Shown here: in pieces, positions 45,147 through 53,642 of the stretch
Position numbering within the stretch: the first letter of the stretch is position 1
Layout of the letters: each line of letters begins with the position of its first letter
Source: Actinomycetes bacterium
GTDB taxonomy: Bacteria; Actinomycetota; Acidimicrobiia; IMCC26256; PALSA-610
Length of the DNA stretch: 60,247 nucleotides
Assembly (NCBI GenBank): GCA_025463875.1
Contig: JAODBI010000317.1
Location: 1 to 60,247 of the forward strand
Direction of reading: 5' to 3'
Notes under the pieces: generated by a model
Seen by the model: the letters and a program-made list of their open reading frames with translations, nothing else
Told to the model about the DNA's origin: nothing
Databases searched by the model: none
Translations under genes and position numbers: made by a program

Positions 45147-45800
45147 CTATCCCGGATCGGGCGCGGGCAGATGCTCCTTCGCCCACAGCGCCGCCTGCGT
45201 CCGATCCGTGACCCCGAGCTGTTGGAACACCGCGGTCAGGTGTGCCTTGACCGTGCGTTCGCTGATGCCGAGTCGGCGCGCGATCTGTTTGTTCGCCAGT
45301 CCGGTCGCCACCAGACCGAGCACCTCGGCCTCCCGCCGGCTCAGGTTGCGCGACGGCTGTCGCGCTCGTTGCGAATCGAGCAGGACCCGGGCCGCGGTCG
45401 GGTCGAGTGGCGCTCCGCCGGCGTGCGCGGCACGGATCGCGCCGATCACCTCGTCGGGTGTCGCGTCCTTCAACAGGTAGCCACTCGCTCCGGCCTGCAG
45501 CGCGTCGAGGACGCGCCGTTGCTCGGTAAACGAGGTGAGGATGACGACGCGCAGGTGGCGTTCGTCGGTCGCGGCGGCGGCGAGCACCCGGCGGGTCGCT
45601 TCGATCCCGTCGACGACCGGCATCGACAGATCCATCAACACGATGTCGGGCCGCGCGGTCGCCGCGAGCGCGACTGCTTCTTCGCCGTTGTTCGCGGTAC
45701 CGACGACTTCGATGTCGTCGGCGGTCGCGAGCACCTGCCGGAGCCCGCTGCGAACGACGGCGTGGTCGTCGACGATGGCCACTCGAATCACGTCTGTCAT
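45147..45800 (-). CDS. NarL/FixJ (LuxR-type HTH) response regulator
   Basis: The receiver domain reads IRVAIVDDH...DIVLMDLSMP and the LuxR HTH reads LSRREAEVLGLVATGLANKQIARRLGISERTVKAHL. The start overlaps the kinase stop (ATGA). Confidence 0.9.
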   Translation of the reverse strand: MTDVIRVAIVDDHAVVRSGLRQVLATADDIEVVGTANNGEEAVALAATARPDIVLMDLSMPVVDGIEATRRVLAAAATDERHLRVVILTSFTEQRRVLDALQAGASGYLLKDATPDEVIGAIRAAHAGGAPLDPTAARVLLDSQRARQPSRNLSRREAEVLGLVATGLANKQIARRLGISERTVKAHLTAVFQQLGVTDRTQAALWAKEHLPAPDPG

Positions 45801-47125
45801 GTGAACGGCACCTCCACCCGCACCGTGGTGCCCGCGCCCGGCGCGGATTCCACGGAGAGCCGGCCCCCCGCGTCGCCGACGAGATCAGTCAGTCCGTGCA
45901 GCCCGAAGTGACCTTCGCGAGCGCGGCTCGGGAGCTGCGCCGGGTCGAACCCGACGCCGTCGTCGATCACCTCGAGCGTCGCGATCCGATCGTCGTCCGA
46001 CACGCGCATGGTAACCGTCGTCGCGTCCGCGTGCGCCAACACGTTTCGCAACGCTTCCTGAGCGGCCCGGTAGAGCAGACCCGACACCGCGGCGGGCGGA
46101 GAACCGGTCAATCCTTCGTCGTCGAGCGTGGTCACAATTCCCCTCCCACTGGCACGCGCGAGGAGGTCGGTGAGCGCGGGCACCAGGCCCTCGTCGAACA
46201 GATTGGGCGGATAGATCTCCACGAGGAGGGAGCGCAGGGCTTTCACGCTCACCCGCACCTCGTTCGCGGACTCGCCGAGGAGTTGCGCGGTTTCGGGTTG
46301 GACGTCGTCGCGACGGGCCGCGCCGCCCAAGGTGAATGCGACGCCGACCAGATTCTGGACCACGCCGTCGTGGATGTCGGCCGCGATGTGCCGCCGTTCG
46401 GTGTCCGACGCATCGATGGCGCGTTGCAGCAGACCCTCACGTTCGCGCTGGCGTTGGCGTAGCCGCCGCGCGAGAGACCACGCGAGTGGGAGCTGCACGA
46501 GCTCCAGCGCGACGAGCGCACCCAGGGAGATGGGTGCGAAGCTCCGCCAGATGCGTGCACCCGACGACGACACCGCCGAGTAACGGAAGTAGCCCTCGAA
46601 CAGGAGCCGTTGACCGTTGGGCGCGCGGATCGGGAGATACACCTCGAGCAACTTGCCGTACGTGCGCTCGAATCGATTCTCGGGTTTCGACAGGTCGCTG
46701 ACGTCGGCCTTGATCACGCCGCCGTCGAGCGCGGCGAGATCGTCCGGGGCGAGCGTGTACCGCGATCCGATGAGCCGGGGCTCGTCCGAATACACGATCG
46801 TGCCGTCGCGGTTCCAGATCTTCACGCGGATGAGTTGGTCGTCGAGCACGTCGCGCTGTACGACGGCTCCGACCTTCCGTGCGGCGGCCGGATTCCCGGT
46901 GAGCAGCCCGTCCCTCACGACCGGTTCGACGAGTCCCTGGGCCTTGGCGAGCGTCTTCGTGCGCGCGTCCACGACGGCCTCGCGCTCACCCACATGTCGG
47001 CTCGCGACCGCGGTGGCCAACCCGACGATCACGACCGCCACGATGCCCGCCAACGTGAACTGGCTGACCTGACGCGCCACCGTCCACCTGCCCGCCGAGT
47101 CGGGGGCATTGCTGCTGCGCGGCAT
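45797..47125 (-). CDS. sensor histidine kinase (HisKA_3 / NarX-DesK type) with extracytoplasmic loop
   Basis: The ATG at 47125 is preceded by gaaggag. Two TM segments flank a loop of ~150 aa. The H-box reads ERRHIAADIHDGVVQNL and the HATPase region reads EALRNVLAHA...DDGVGF...HFGLHGL. Confidence 0.85.
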   Translation of the reverse strand: MPRSSNAPDSAGRWTVARQVSQFTLAGIVAVVIVGLATAVASRHVGEREAVVDARTKTLAKAQGLVEPVVRDGLLTGNPAAARKVGAVVQRDVLDDQLIRVKIWNRDGTIVYSDEPRLIGSRYTLAPDDLAALDGGVIKADVSDLSKPENRFERTYGKLLEVYLPIRAPNGQRLLFEGYFRYSAVSSSGARIWRSFAPISLGALVALELVQLPLAWSLARRLRQRQREREGLLQRAIDASDTERRHIAADIHDGVVQNLVGVAFTLGGAARRDDVQPETAQLLGESANEVRVSVKALRSLLVEIYPPNLFDEGLVPALTDLLARASGRGIVTTLDDEGLTGSPPAAVSGLLYRAAQEALRNVLAHADATTVTMRVSDDDRIATLEVIDDGVGFDPAQLPSRAREGHFGLHGLTDLVGDAGGRLSVESAPGAGTTVRVEVPFT

Positions 47126-47514
47126 CCGCTCCTTCACACGCCCCGACTCACGATCGCGTTTGGTCCGATCGCCGGTTCTGCGGAGATTCCCGAGAGACGT
47201 ACCCACGACGACACGCGATCGACGAGGATCGCACAGGCTTCCTGCGCTGAGGTGAATTCTCCCGTTTGATGGCTTCCTGACCGGAACCGGCGGGCGGGCG
47301 CGGGCGGGCGCGGAGGCCGGTCGACCGCCCAGCGCCCGCTCGCGTGAGGGAGTCGCATTCGCGGAGGGCGGTTGCGCGCGGAGAGTAGTGTGCGAGGCCC
47401 CCGGCTTGATGGCGTAGTTCCTTTCGTCCAGAATTCCGGGCTGGGTAGGGCTGTTGGGGCACGCGGAACCGCCGAGCGCGGATTTTCGTGCAGGGATGCA
47501 GAGGCGGAAATCGA

Positions 47515-50500
47515 ATGGCGTCACGCCGGACACTCGCGCTCCGGGTGGGAGTCGCGTCGCTCGCGGCATTTGTGGGCGTGTTCGGACTCGTCACGCGCAG
47601 TGTCGGCGCGGCGGCGACCGTGCTCGTCGGCGACACCACCGTCGAGCCGGCCGTCGATTACAACCCGGCCGGCGTCGCCGAGGCGTTCCCCTTCACCGCG
47701 ACCGCGGGCGGGACCGTCAGCCAGATCAACGTGTACGTCGACGCCGGAGCCACCGCGACCCGCGTCGCAGTCGGCATGTACGCCGACACCGCCGGGCACC
47801 CCGGCCCGATGTTGACCCAGGGGATCATCGGGTCGGTCACCAACGCGGGCTGGAACACCGCAACCGTGCCCTCTGTATCGGTGGCTTCCGGCACGAAGTA
47901 CTGGCTCGCGTTGCTCGCGCCGCTCGGCGCCGGGGTCTTGAAGTACCGCGACAAGTGTTGTGCGAGCCCGATCGTCTCCGAAAGTGCGAACCAGGCCTCC
48001 GACGGCTCGCTGCCCACGACCTGGACGCGCACGTCGAGTTGGAGTGACGGGCCCGCGTCGATCTACGCCGCGACCGCGGCCGCGCCCGGTCCTGTTCTCA
48101 CGCAGGTTGCCGCCGCGCCGACGAACAACGGCGCGACGATCACGTGGACGACCGATGTGCCCGCCACGTCGCAGGTGGCGTACGGACCCACCGCGCAACT
48201 GGGCACGTCGAGTCCGCTCGACGCGGCGTTGACGACGGGCCACTCGGTCACGATCGGCGGGCTGCTCGCGGGCACGCAGTACTTCTTCCAGGTCTCGAGC
48301 GCCGACGCGTCGCAACAGGTGAGCACGTCGTCGGTGGCCTCGTTCACGACCACGTCACCATCGCAGCCGCCGCCGGATCAGGTCGGGCAGTGGGGTTCAC
48401 TCATCAACTGGCCGCTCGTCGCGGTGCACTCGTCGCTCATGCCCAACGGCAACGTCTTGTTGTGGGACGGTTGGGAGACACCGTCCAAGGCGGTCGTCTG
48501 GAACCCGTCGTCGCAGGCGTTCACCGACGTGACCACCGCGTCGGGCCTGTTCTGTTCGGGCCACGCCCAACTCGCCGATGGTCGCATCTTCGTCGCGGGC
48601 GGACACGATCAGGGGACCGGATTCACCGAGACCGGCATCGTCGACTCGAACATCTTCAACCCGGCAAACAACCAGTGGACGCGCGTTGCCGACATGCACT
48701 TCCCGCGTTGGTACCCGAGCGCGACGACGTTGCCCGACGGGCGCGTGCTCGTCATCTCCGGCATGACGACCTCGGGTCGTTGGGCCGACACCCCCGAGGT
48801 GTACAACCCCGCGACCAACACGTGGACCTTGCTCACCGGGATCTCGACGCCCGAGGTGCACGAAGCGGAATACCCTCTGACGTCGGTCATGCCCGACGGT
48901 CGCGTGCTCGTCGTCGCCGGGAGCACCGGCGCCGCGTTCATCATGGACGTCAACGCGCAGACGTGGACACCGGTTCCCGGTTCCGCCGGCCACGTCAACG
49001 GCTCGGCCGCGTTCTACGCGCCGGGCAAGGTTCTGTACACCGGCGGCGGCAACACTGCGAGCGAGAGCAACCCGGCGTTCACCGGTGCGTCGGTGCTCGA
49101 CGCCACGGTCGCCAACCCGGCGTGGCGTTCCGTCTCGCCGATGGCCAAGACGCGCTACATGCACTCGACGACGGTGCTGCCCGACGGCCAGGCGTTCATC
49201 GTGGGCGGCGCGAACGTCGCCAGCCAACAGACGACGAACCAGCAACTCGTCGACGAGCTGTGGAACCCGTCGACCGAAGCGTTCACGCCAGTGCCGCCGA
49301 TGATCGACGGTCGGATCTACCACTCCACGACGTTGTTGATGCCCGACGGTCGGGTGCTGGTCGCCGGTGGCGGACGGTTCAACGCCAACCCCGACCACTT
49401 CACCGCGCAGTACTACTCCCCGCCCTATCTCTTCAAGGGCGCGCGGCCCACGATCAGCGCGGCGCCCGCGAGCCTGAGCTACGGCCAGCCGTTCACGGTG
49501 CAGACGCCCGATGCGGCGTCGATCTCCTCGGCGGTGCTGGTCGACCTCGGCAGTGACACGCACACCCAAGACTTCAACCAGCGCCGCCTCCCGCTCACGG
49601 TGACTCCCGGTAGCGGCTCGATCTCGGTGCAGGGGCCGGCCAACAGCGCGCTCGCGCCGCCCGGCCACTACATGTTGTTCGTTCTCAACGCGCAGGGCGT
49701 GCCCTCGGTCGCGTCGATGCTCTCGGTCGGCGGGAGCGGGTCGGTCACCCCGCCGTCGGTGTCGATCGTGTCCCCCGCCGCCAACGCGACGGTCGGAGGC
49801 TCGGTGAACGTGACCGCGTCGGCCTCGTCGTCGAACAGCATCACCGGCGTGCAGTTCCTGCTCGACAATCAGCCCCTCGGCGGAACCGTCACCACGCCGC
49901 CCTTCCAGACGACGTGGAACACCGCGACCGCGACGAACGGTGCGCACACGCTGACGGCGAAGGTCACCGACTCGACCGGTGCCATGGCAACCTCGCAATC
50001 CGTCACTGTCACGGTTTCGAACGGAGCGGTCGCGACGCTCTCCGCCGAGGCCCAGGTGTTCGCCGACGGCAAGACGACGGTGACCACGCCCGGACTCACG
50101 ACCGCCAACGCGGGCGACCTCCTCGTCGCGTTCGTCGGCGCCGACGGTCCGTCGACGCTCGGCCAGACCGCCACCGTGTCGGGTGGGGGTCTCACCTGGA
50201 CGCGGGCGCGCAACCAGGCCGCGCAACCCGGTGATGCCGAAATCTGGTCGGCGCGCGTGAGCAGCACCGTGACCAACGCCACGTTCAGTGCGACGTTGGG
50301 CAAGACCGGCTACGACCTCTCGTTGAGCGTCGTCGCGTTCGCGAACGCGGCGGGAGTGGGTGCGTCCGCGGGCGCGTCGGCATTGCATGCCGCGCCGAGC
50401 GTGCCGTTGACGACGACCGCACCGGGGTCGCTGGTCTACGGAGTCGGAATCGACTGGGACAATGCCGTCGCGCACGTTCCGGTGGCCGGACAGGCCATCG

Positions 50501-51957
50501 CGCATCAATGGATCGACAGCACCACCGGCGACACGATGTGGTCGCAGGGAACACAGGCGCCGGTCGCCACGACCGGCGCAACCGTCGCGCTCGCGGATTC
50601 GTCGCCGACGACTGACCGCTTCAACCTGGCGGCGGTCGAGGTCACCGCATCGGTGACGCCGCCGCCCACGACGACCACGACCACGACGGCTCCGACGACG
50701 ACCACCACGGTCGCGCCGACGACCACGACTACGACGGTTCCGGCGACGACCACCACCACGACGACCGTGCCGCCGACGACCACCACGACTGCGACGACGA
50801 CCAGCACGACGACGACCACCACGGTGCCGCCGACGACGACGACCACGACGGCTCCCACAACGACCACCGCCGCACCGACGACCACCACGACCACGACGGT
50901 GCCGGCGAACAATCCGCCGGTCATCAGCGGGCTCGCGGTCTCCAACATCACGACCACGGGCGCGACCATCACCTGGAACACCGACACCGCGGCGATCGGC
51001 CAGGTCGAGTACGGCACGTCGGTCTCGTACGGCACGACGACCGCGCCCGACGCGGTGGCGTCGACCGCGCACTCGCAGACCCTCACCGGCCTGACACCGA
51101 TGACTAGCTATCACTTCCGCGCGCGCAGCTCCAACGCCGGTGGCCTGACCGTCACGACTGATCAGACCTTCACCACGCAGGCGGCGCCGGTCGGCGCTCA
51201 CGTCGACGGCCAGGTCGGTGTCAACGGCAAGACCACGGTTGCGGCACCTGCGTTGACGACGGGTACGCGCGACGACCTTGTCGTCGGGTTCGTGTCGACC
51301 GACGGCCCGAGCGCCGGCGGCCAGACGGCGACCGTTTCCGGCGGTGGGCTCACGTGGACACGCGTACGCGCGCAAGCGGCACAGCCCGGCGACGTCGAGA
51401 TCTGGCAGGCGCGCGCCACCGGCTTCCTCACCAACGCCGTGATTTCGGCCACGTTGTCGAAGACCGGATACGACCTGTCCTTGACCGTGGTGGCGTTCTC
51501 CAACGCGGCGGGTGTCGGTTCCTCGGCGGGTGCGTCCGCCAAATCGGGACCGCCGGCGGTGGGGCTCGCGACCACCGCCGCGGGTTCACTCGTCTACGCG
51601 ACCGGCAACGACTGGGACCGGTCCGTGGCCCGCACGCCGGTCGGCGGCCAGGCCCTCGTGCAGCAGTGGCTCGACACCGCCTCCGGCGACACGATGTGGA
51701 CGCAGGCGTCGACGAGCCCGTTCCCCAACTCGGGCCAGTCGGTGATCATGGCCGACTCCGCGCCGACGAGCGATCGCTTCAACTTCGTGGCGGCCGAGAT
51801 CACATCGGGGAACGGGGCTACCACGTTGCAGGCCGTCGCGGTCGAGCAGGCGGTGTCGCCTCCGAGCTTCGGTCACATCGTGCACTACGCCTTCCCGGCC
51901 GAGCCATCGACGTCGACCGCCCCGCTCGACAAGCGCGCGCTCGGCCTGATCGCGTAA
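47515..51957 (+). CDS. giant secreted copper-radical-oxidase (galactose/glyoxal oxidase, AA5-like) multidomain protein
   Basis: Domain order is signal peptide, DUF4082-like N-domain, FN3-like, kelch-type propeller, DUF1929-like E-set, Ig-like, 2 copies of the ~200-aa module, a Thr/Pro linker and a second FN3-like domain. The propeller carries LFCSGH, PRWYPS, RIYHST and DTHTQDFNQR. Confidence 0.9.
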   Translation: MASRRTLALRVGVASLAAFVGVFGLVTRSVGAAATVLVGDTTVEPAVDYNPAGVAEAFPFTATAGGTVSQINVYVDAGATATRVAVGMYADTAGHPGPMLTQGIIGSVTNAGWNTATVPSVSVASGTKYWLALLAPLGAGVLKYRDKCCASPIVSESANQASDGSLPTTWTRTSSWSDGPASIYAATAAAPGPVLTQVAAAPTNNGATITWTTDVPATSQVAYGPTAQLGTSSPLDAALTTGHSVTIGGLLAGTQYFFQVSSADASQQVSTSSVASFTTTSPSQPPPDQVGQWGSLINWPLVAVHSSLMPNGNVLLWDGWETPSKAVVWNPSSQAFTDVTTASGLFCSGHAQLADGRIFVAGGHDQGTGFTETGIVDSNIFNPANNQWTRVADMHFPRWYPSATTLPDGRVLVISGMTTSGRWADTPEVYNPATNTWTLLTGISTPEVHEAEYPLTSVMPDGRVLVVAGSTGAAFIMDVNAQTWTPVPGSAGHVNGSAAFYAPGKVLYTGGGNTASESNPAFTGASVLDATVANPAWRSVSPMAKTRYMHSTTVLPDGQAFIVGGANVASQQTTNQQLVDELWNPSTEAFTPVPPMIDGRIYHSTTLLMPDGRVLVAGGGRFNANPDHFTAQYYSPPYLFKGARPTISAAPASLSYGQPFTVQTPDAASISSAVLVDLGSDTHTQDFNQRRLPLTVTPGSGSISVQGPANSALAPPGHYMLFVLNAQGVPSVASMLSVGGSGSVTPPSVSIVSPAANATVGGSVNVTASASSSNSITGVQFLLDNQPLGGTVTTPPFQTTWNTATATNGAHTLTAKVTDSTGAMATSQSVTVTVSNGAVATLSAEAQVFADGKTTVTTPGLTTANAGDLLVAFVGADGPSTLGQTATVSGGGLTWTRARNQAAQPGDAEIWSARVSSTVTNATFSATLGKTGYDLSLSVVAFANAAGVGASAGASALHAAPSVPLTTTAPGSLVYGVGIDWDNAVAHVPVAGQAIAHQWIDSTTGDTMWSQGTQAPVATTGATVALADSSPTTDRFNLAAVEVTASVTPPPTTTTTTTAPTTTTTVAPTTTTTTVPATTTTTTTVPPTTTTTATTTSTTTTTTVPPTTTTTTAPTTTTAAPTTTTTTTVPANNPPVISGLAVSNITTTGATITWNTDTAAIGQVEYGTSVSYGTTTAPDAVASTAHSQTLTGLTPMTSYHFRARSSNAGGLTVTTDQTFTTQAAPVGAHVDGQVGVNGKTTVAAPALTTGTRDDLVVGFVSTDGPSAGGQTATVSGGGLTWTRVRAQAAQPGDVEIWQARATGFLTNAVISATLSKTGYDLSLTVVAFSNAAGVGSSAGASAKSGPPAVGLATTAAGSLVYATGNDWDRSVARTPVGGQALVQQWLDTASGDTMWTQASTSPFPNSGQSVIMADSAPTSDRFNFVAAEITSGNGATTLQAVAVEQAVSPPSFGHIVHYAFPAEPSTSTAPLDKRALGLIA
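50655..50908 (+). repeat. Thr/Pro-rich low-complexity linker (about 80 aa, mostly T with interspersed P/A/V)
   Basis: The translation reads PPPTTTTTTTAPTTTTTVAPTTTTTTVPATTTTTTTVPPTTTTTATTTSTTTTTTVPPTTTTTTAPTTTTAAPTTTTTTTVPA. The DNA is ACC/ACG-rich. Confidence 0.9.
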
Positions 51958-51988
51958 ACGGGCCCGGGCGCGGCCACACTGGGTCACC

Positions 51989-52654
51989 ATGAGTGCTCCC
52001 GTGTGGTCGCAGTTGGACGCCGGCGTCGCGTTGGCGCTGGGCGCGATCCTCGTTACGGCGTCGGTGCGCAAGCTGCAGAACCCGCGCGTGTTCGCGCTCA
52101 CGTTGGAGCGGCTCGATCCCGCCGTGAACGGCCGCCGCACACTGACCCTGCGCTCGGCGTGCTTCATCGCGGTCTACGAGGCGGTGGCCGGTATCGGAGT
52201 CGTCGCGTTTCGCGGGGGCCTGGGTTTTCCGTTCGCGTGCGCGGTGCTCATCGCCTGCACTGCGTTCCTCGTCGCGTTGGGCCGGGCGGTGCAACAGAGC
52301 CTGCCGTGTGCGTGCTTCGGACGCCTCGGCCGCACCGCCGCCGGTGGACGCGAGATCGGGCGCGCGATCGTGCTCGTACTCGGCGCGTCCTTCCTGGTTG
52401 TACACCGGGCGATCGAGTCCGGTCGCGGATACGGCATCGGGCCCCTCGCGGTCGTCGCCCTGGTCGTGACCGTGGCGGCGATCGTCGCCGCCCAACGCAT
52501 CGGTGCCAAGGTCCGGCCCGGCGTGGAGTTGACGCCGGCCGTCGGCGACGACGGGGTTCCGCCGGGTCGCGCGTCCTCGGGTCGTTCGTCGTTGGGGCGG
52601 TGGGTGCGCACCATCACCGGCTACGACAGCGACCTCTACTCGACCAGCGCCTGA
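51989..52654 (+). CDS. MauE/DoxX-like redox-associated membrane protein
   Basis: 221 aa with 4-5 TM segments. The N-terminal part (GALLVTASVRKLQNP..F...L) and the LPCACFG motif resemble the MauE family. It starts 32 nt after the oxidase stop. Confidence 0.65.
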   Translation: MSAPVWSQLDAGVALALGAILVTASVRKLQNPRVFALTLERLDPAVNGRRTLTLRSACFIAVYEAVAGIGVVAFRGGLGFPFACAVLIACTAFLVALGRAVQQSLPCACFGRLGRTAAGGREIGRAIVLVLGASFLVVHRAIESGRGYGIGPLAVVALVVTVAAIVAAQRIGAKVRPGVELTPAVGDDGVPPGRASSGRSSLGRWVRTITGYDSDLYSTSA

Positions 52655-52836
52655 CGCGTCCGCGGGTTGTGAGGCGGCGGGTTGCATTTTGATGCGCCGG
52701 ATGCGGCGGCGTGTGCCGGGGTTCAGTTCATCGAGTCGCCCGCAGGGGGTGAGCGACGGGTGGCCGAGTGGTCGGCGAACGTCTTGTCTATTTGGCGGGC
52801 AGGCGCGGGATCGCGAAGTTCGGCCGCCTGACGCGC

Positions 52837-53619
52837 TCAGGCGCGCAGCGAGAGCGGGAACTGCGCGGTCGCGCCGCCGTCGACGACCAGTGTCTGGCCG
52901 GTGATGTACGCGGCGAGGTCGGAGGCGAGGAAGAGCACCGCGTTGGCAATGTCGTCGGGCGTGGCAAAGCGGCCCAGTGGGATGTTCTCGGCGGACGCGG
53001 CGCGGCGATCGGCACTCATCATCGCTTCGACGCGCGGGGTGAGGACCGCGCCGGGTGCGACCGAGTTCACCCGAACTCCCTTCCCGCCGAGCTCCATGGC
53101 GAGCGTGCGCACCAGTGACATGAGGCCCGCCTTCGCCGCGCCGTACGCGCCGTGCAACGGTGCCGACCGCAGACCGCTGAGCGACGCGATCGCGATGAGC
53201 GAGCCGCGGCCTTGGTCGGCGAGATCGCGTCCCGCGACGCGGGCCAGGTTGAAGAAGTGGCGGAGGACGAGATCGAAGCTCTCGTCCCAGGTCTCGTCGT
53301 CGAGCTCGAGGGTCCGACCCCAACGTGTCTCGCCGATGACGTCGACGGCCACTTCGAGCGCACCGAACTCGACGGTGGCCGCATCGAGTGCATCGCGCAG
53401 GTCACCGAGGCGGCGCGCGTCACCCGTGAAGGCCCGCCCCTGCTCGCCGATCGCGCCGGCCGCCGCCGACGCGGCATTCGAATCGATGTCGAAGCACGAG
53501 ACGCGCGCGCCGGCGGCCGCGAACGCTCGGACGCACGCCCCGCCGATGCCGCTGCCCACTCCCGCGACGAACACGTGCTTTTCCACCAGGCCAAGTTCGA
53601 GACGCGCGCTGTCGACCAC
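52837..53619 (-). CDS. SDR family oxidoreductase
   Basis: Cofactor motif VAGVGSGIGGA is present, with catalytic region SLSGLRSAPLHGAYGAAKAG and the C-terminal ITGQTLVVDGG. The start is uncertain (GTG at 53619 or 53586), and the 376-aa track ORF over-extends it. Confidence 0.85.
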   Translation of the reverse strand: MVDSARLELGLVEKHVFVAGVGSGIGGACVRAFAAAGARVSCFDIDSNAASAAAGAIGEQGRAFTGDARRLGDLRDALDAATVEFGALEVAVDVIGETRWGRTLELDDETWDESFDLVLRHFFNLARVAGRDLADQGRGSLIAIASLSGLRSAPLHGAYGAAKAGLMSLVRTLAMELGGKGVRVNSVAPGAVLTPRVEAMMSADRRAASAENIPLGRFATPDDIANAVLFLASDLAAYITGQTLVVDGGATAQFPLSLRA

Positions 53620-53642
53620 GGGGTCAGGGTACGGGACCCGCG

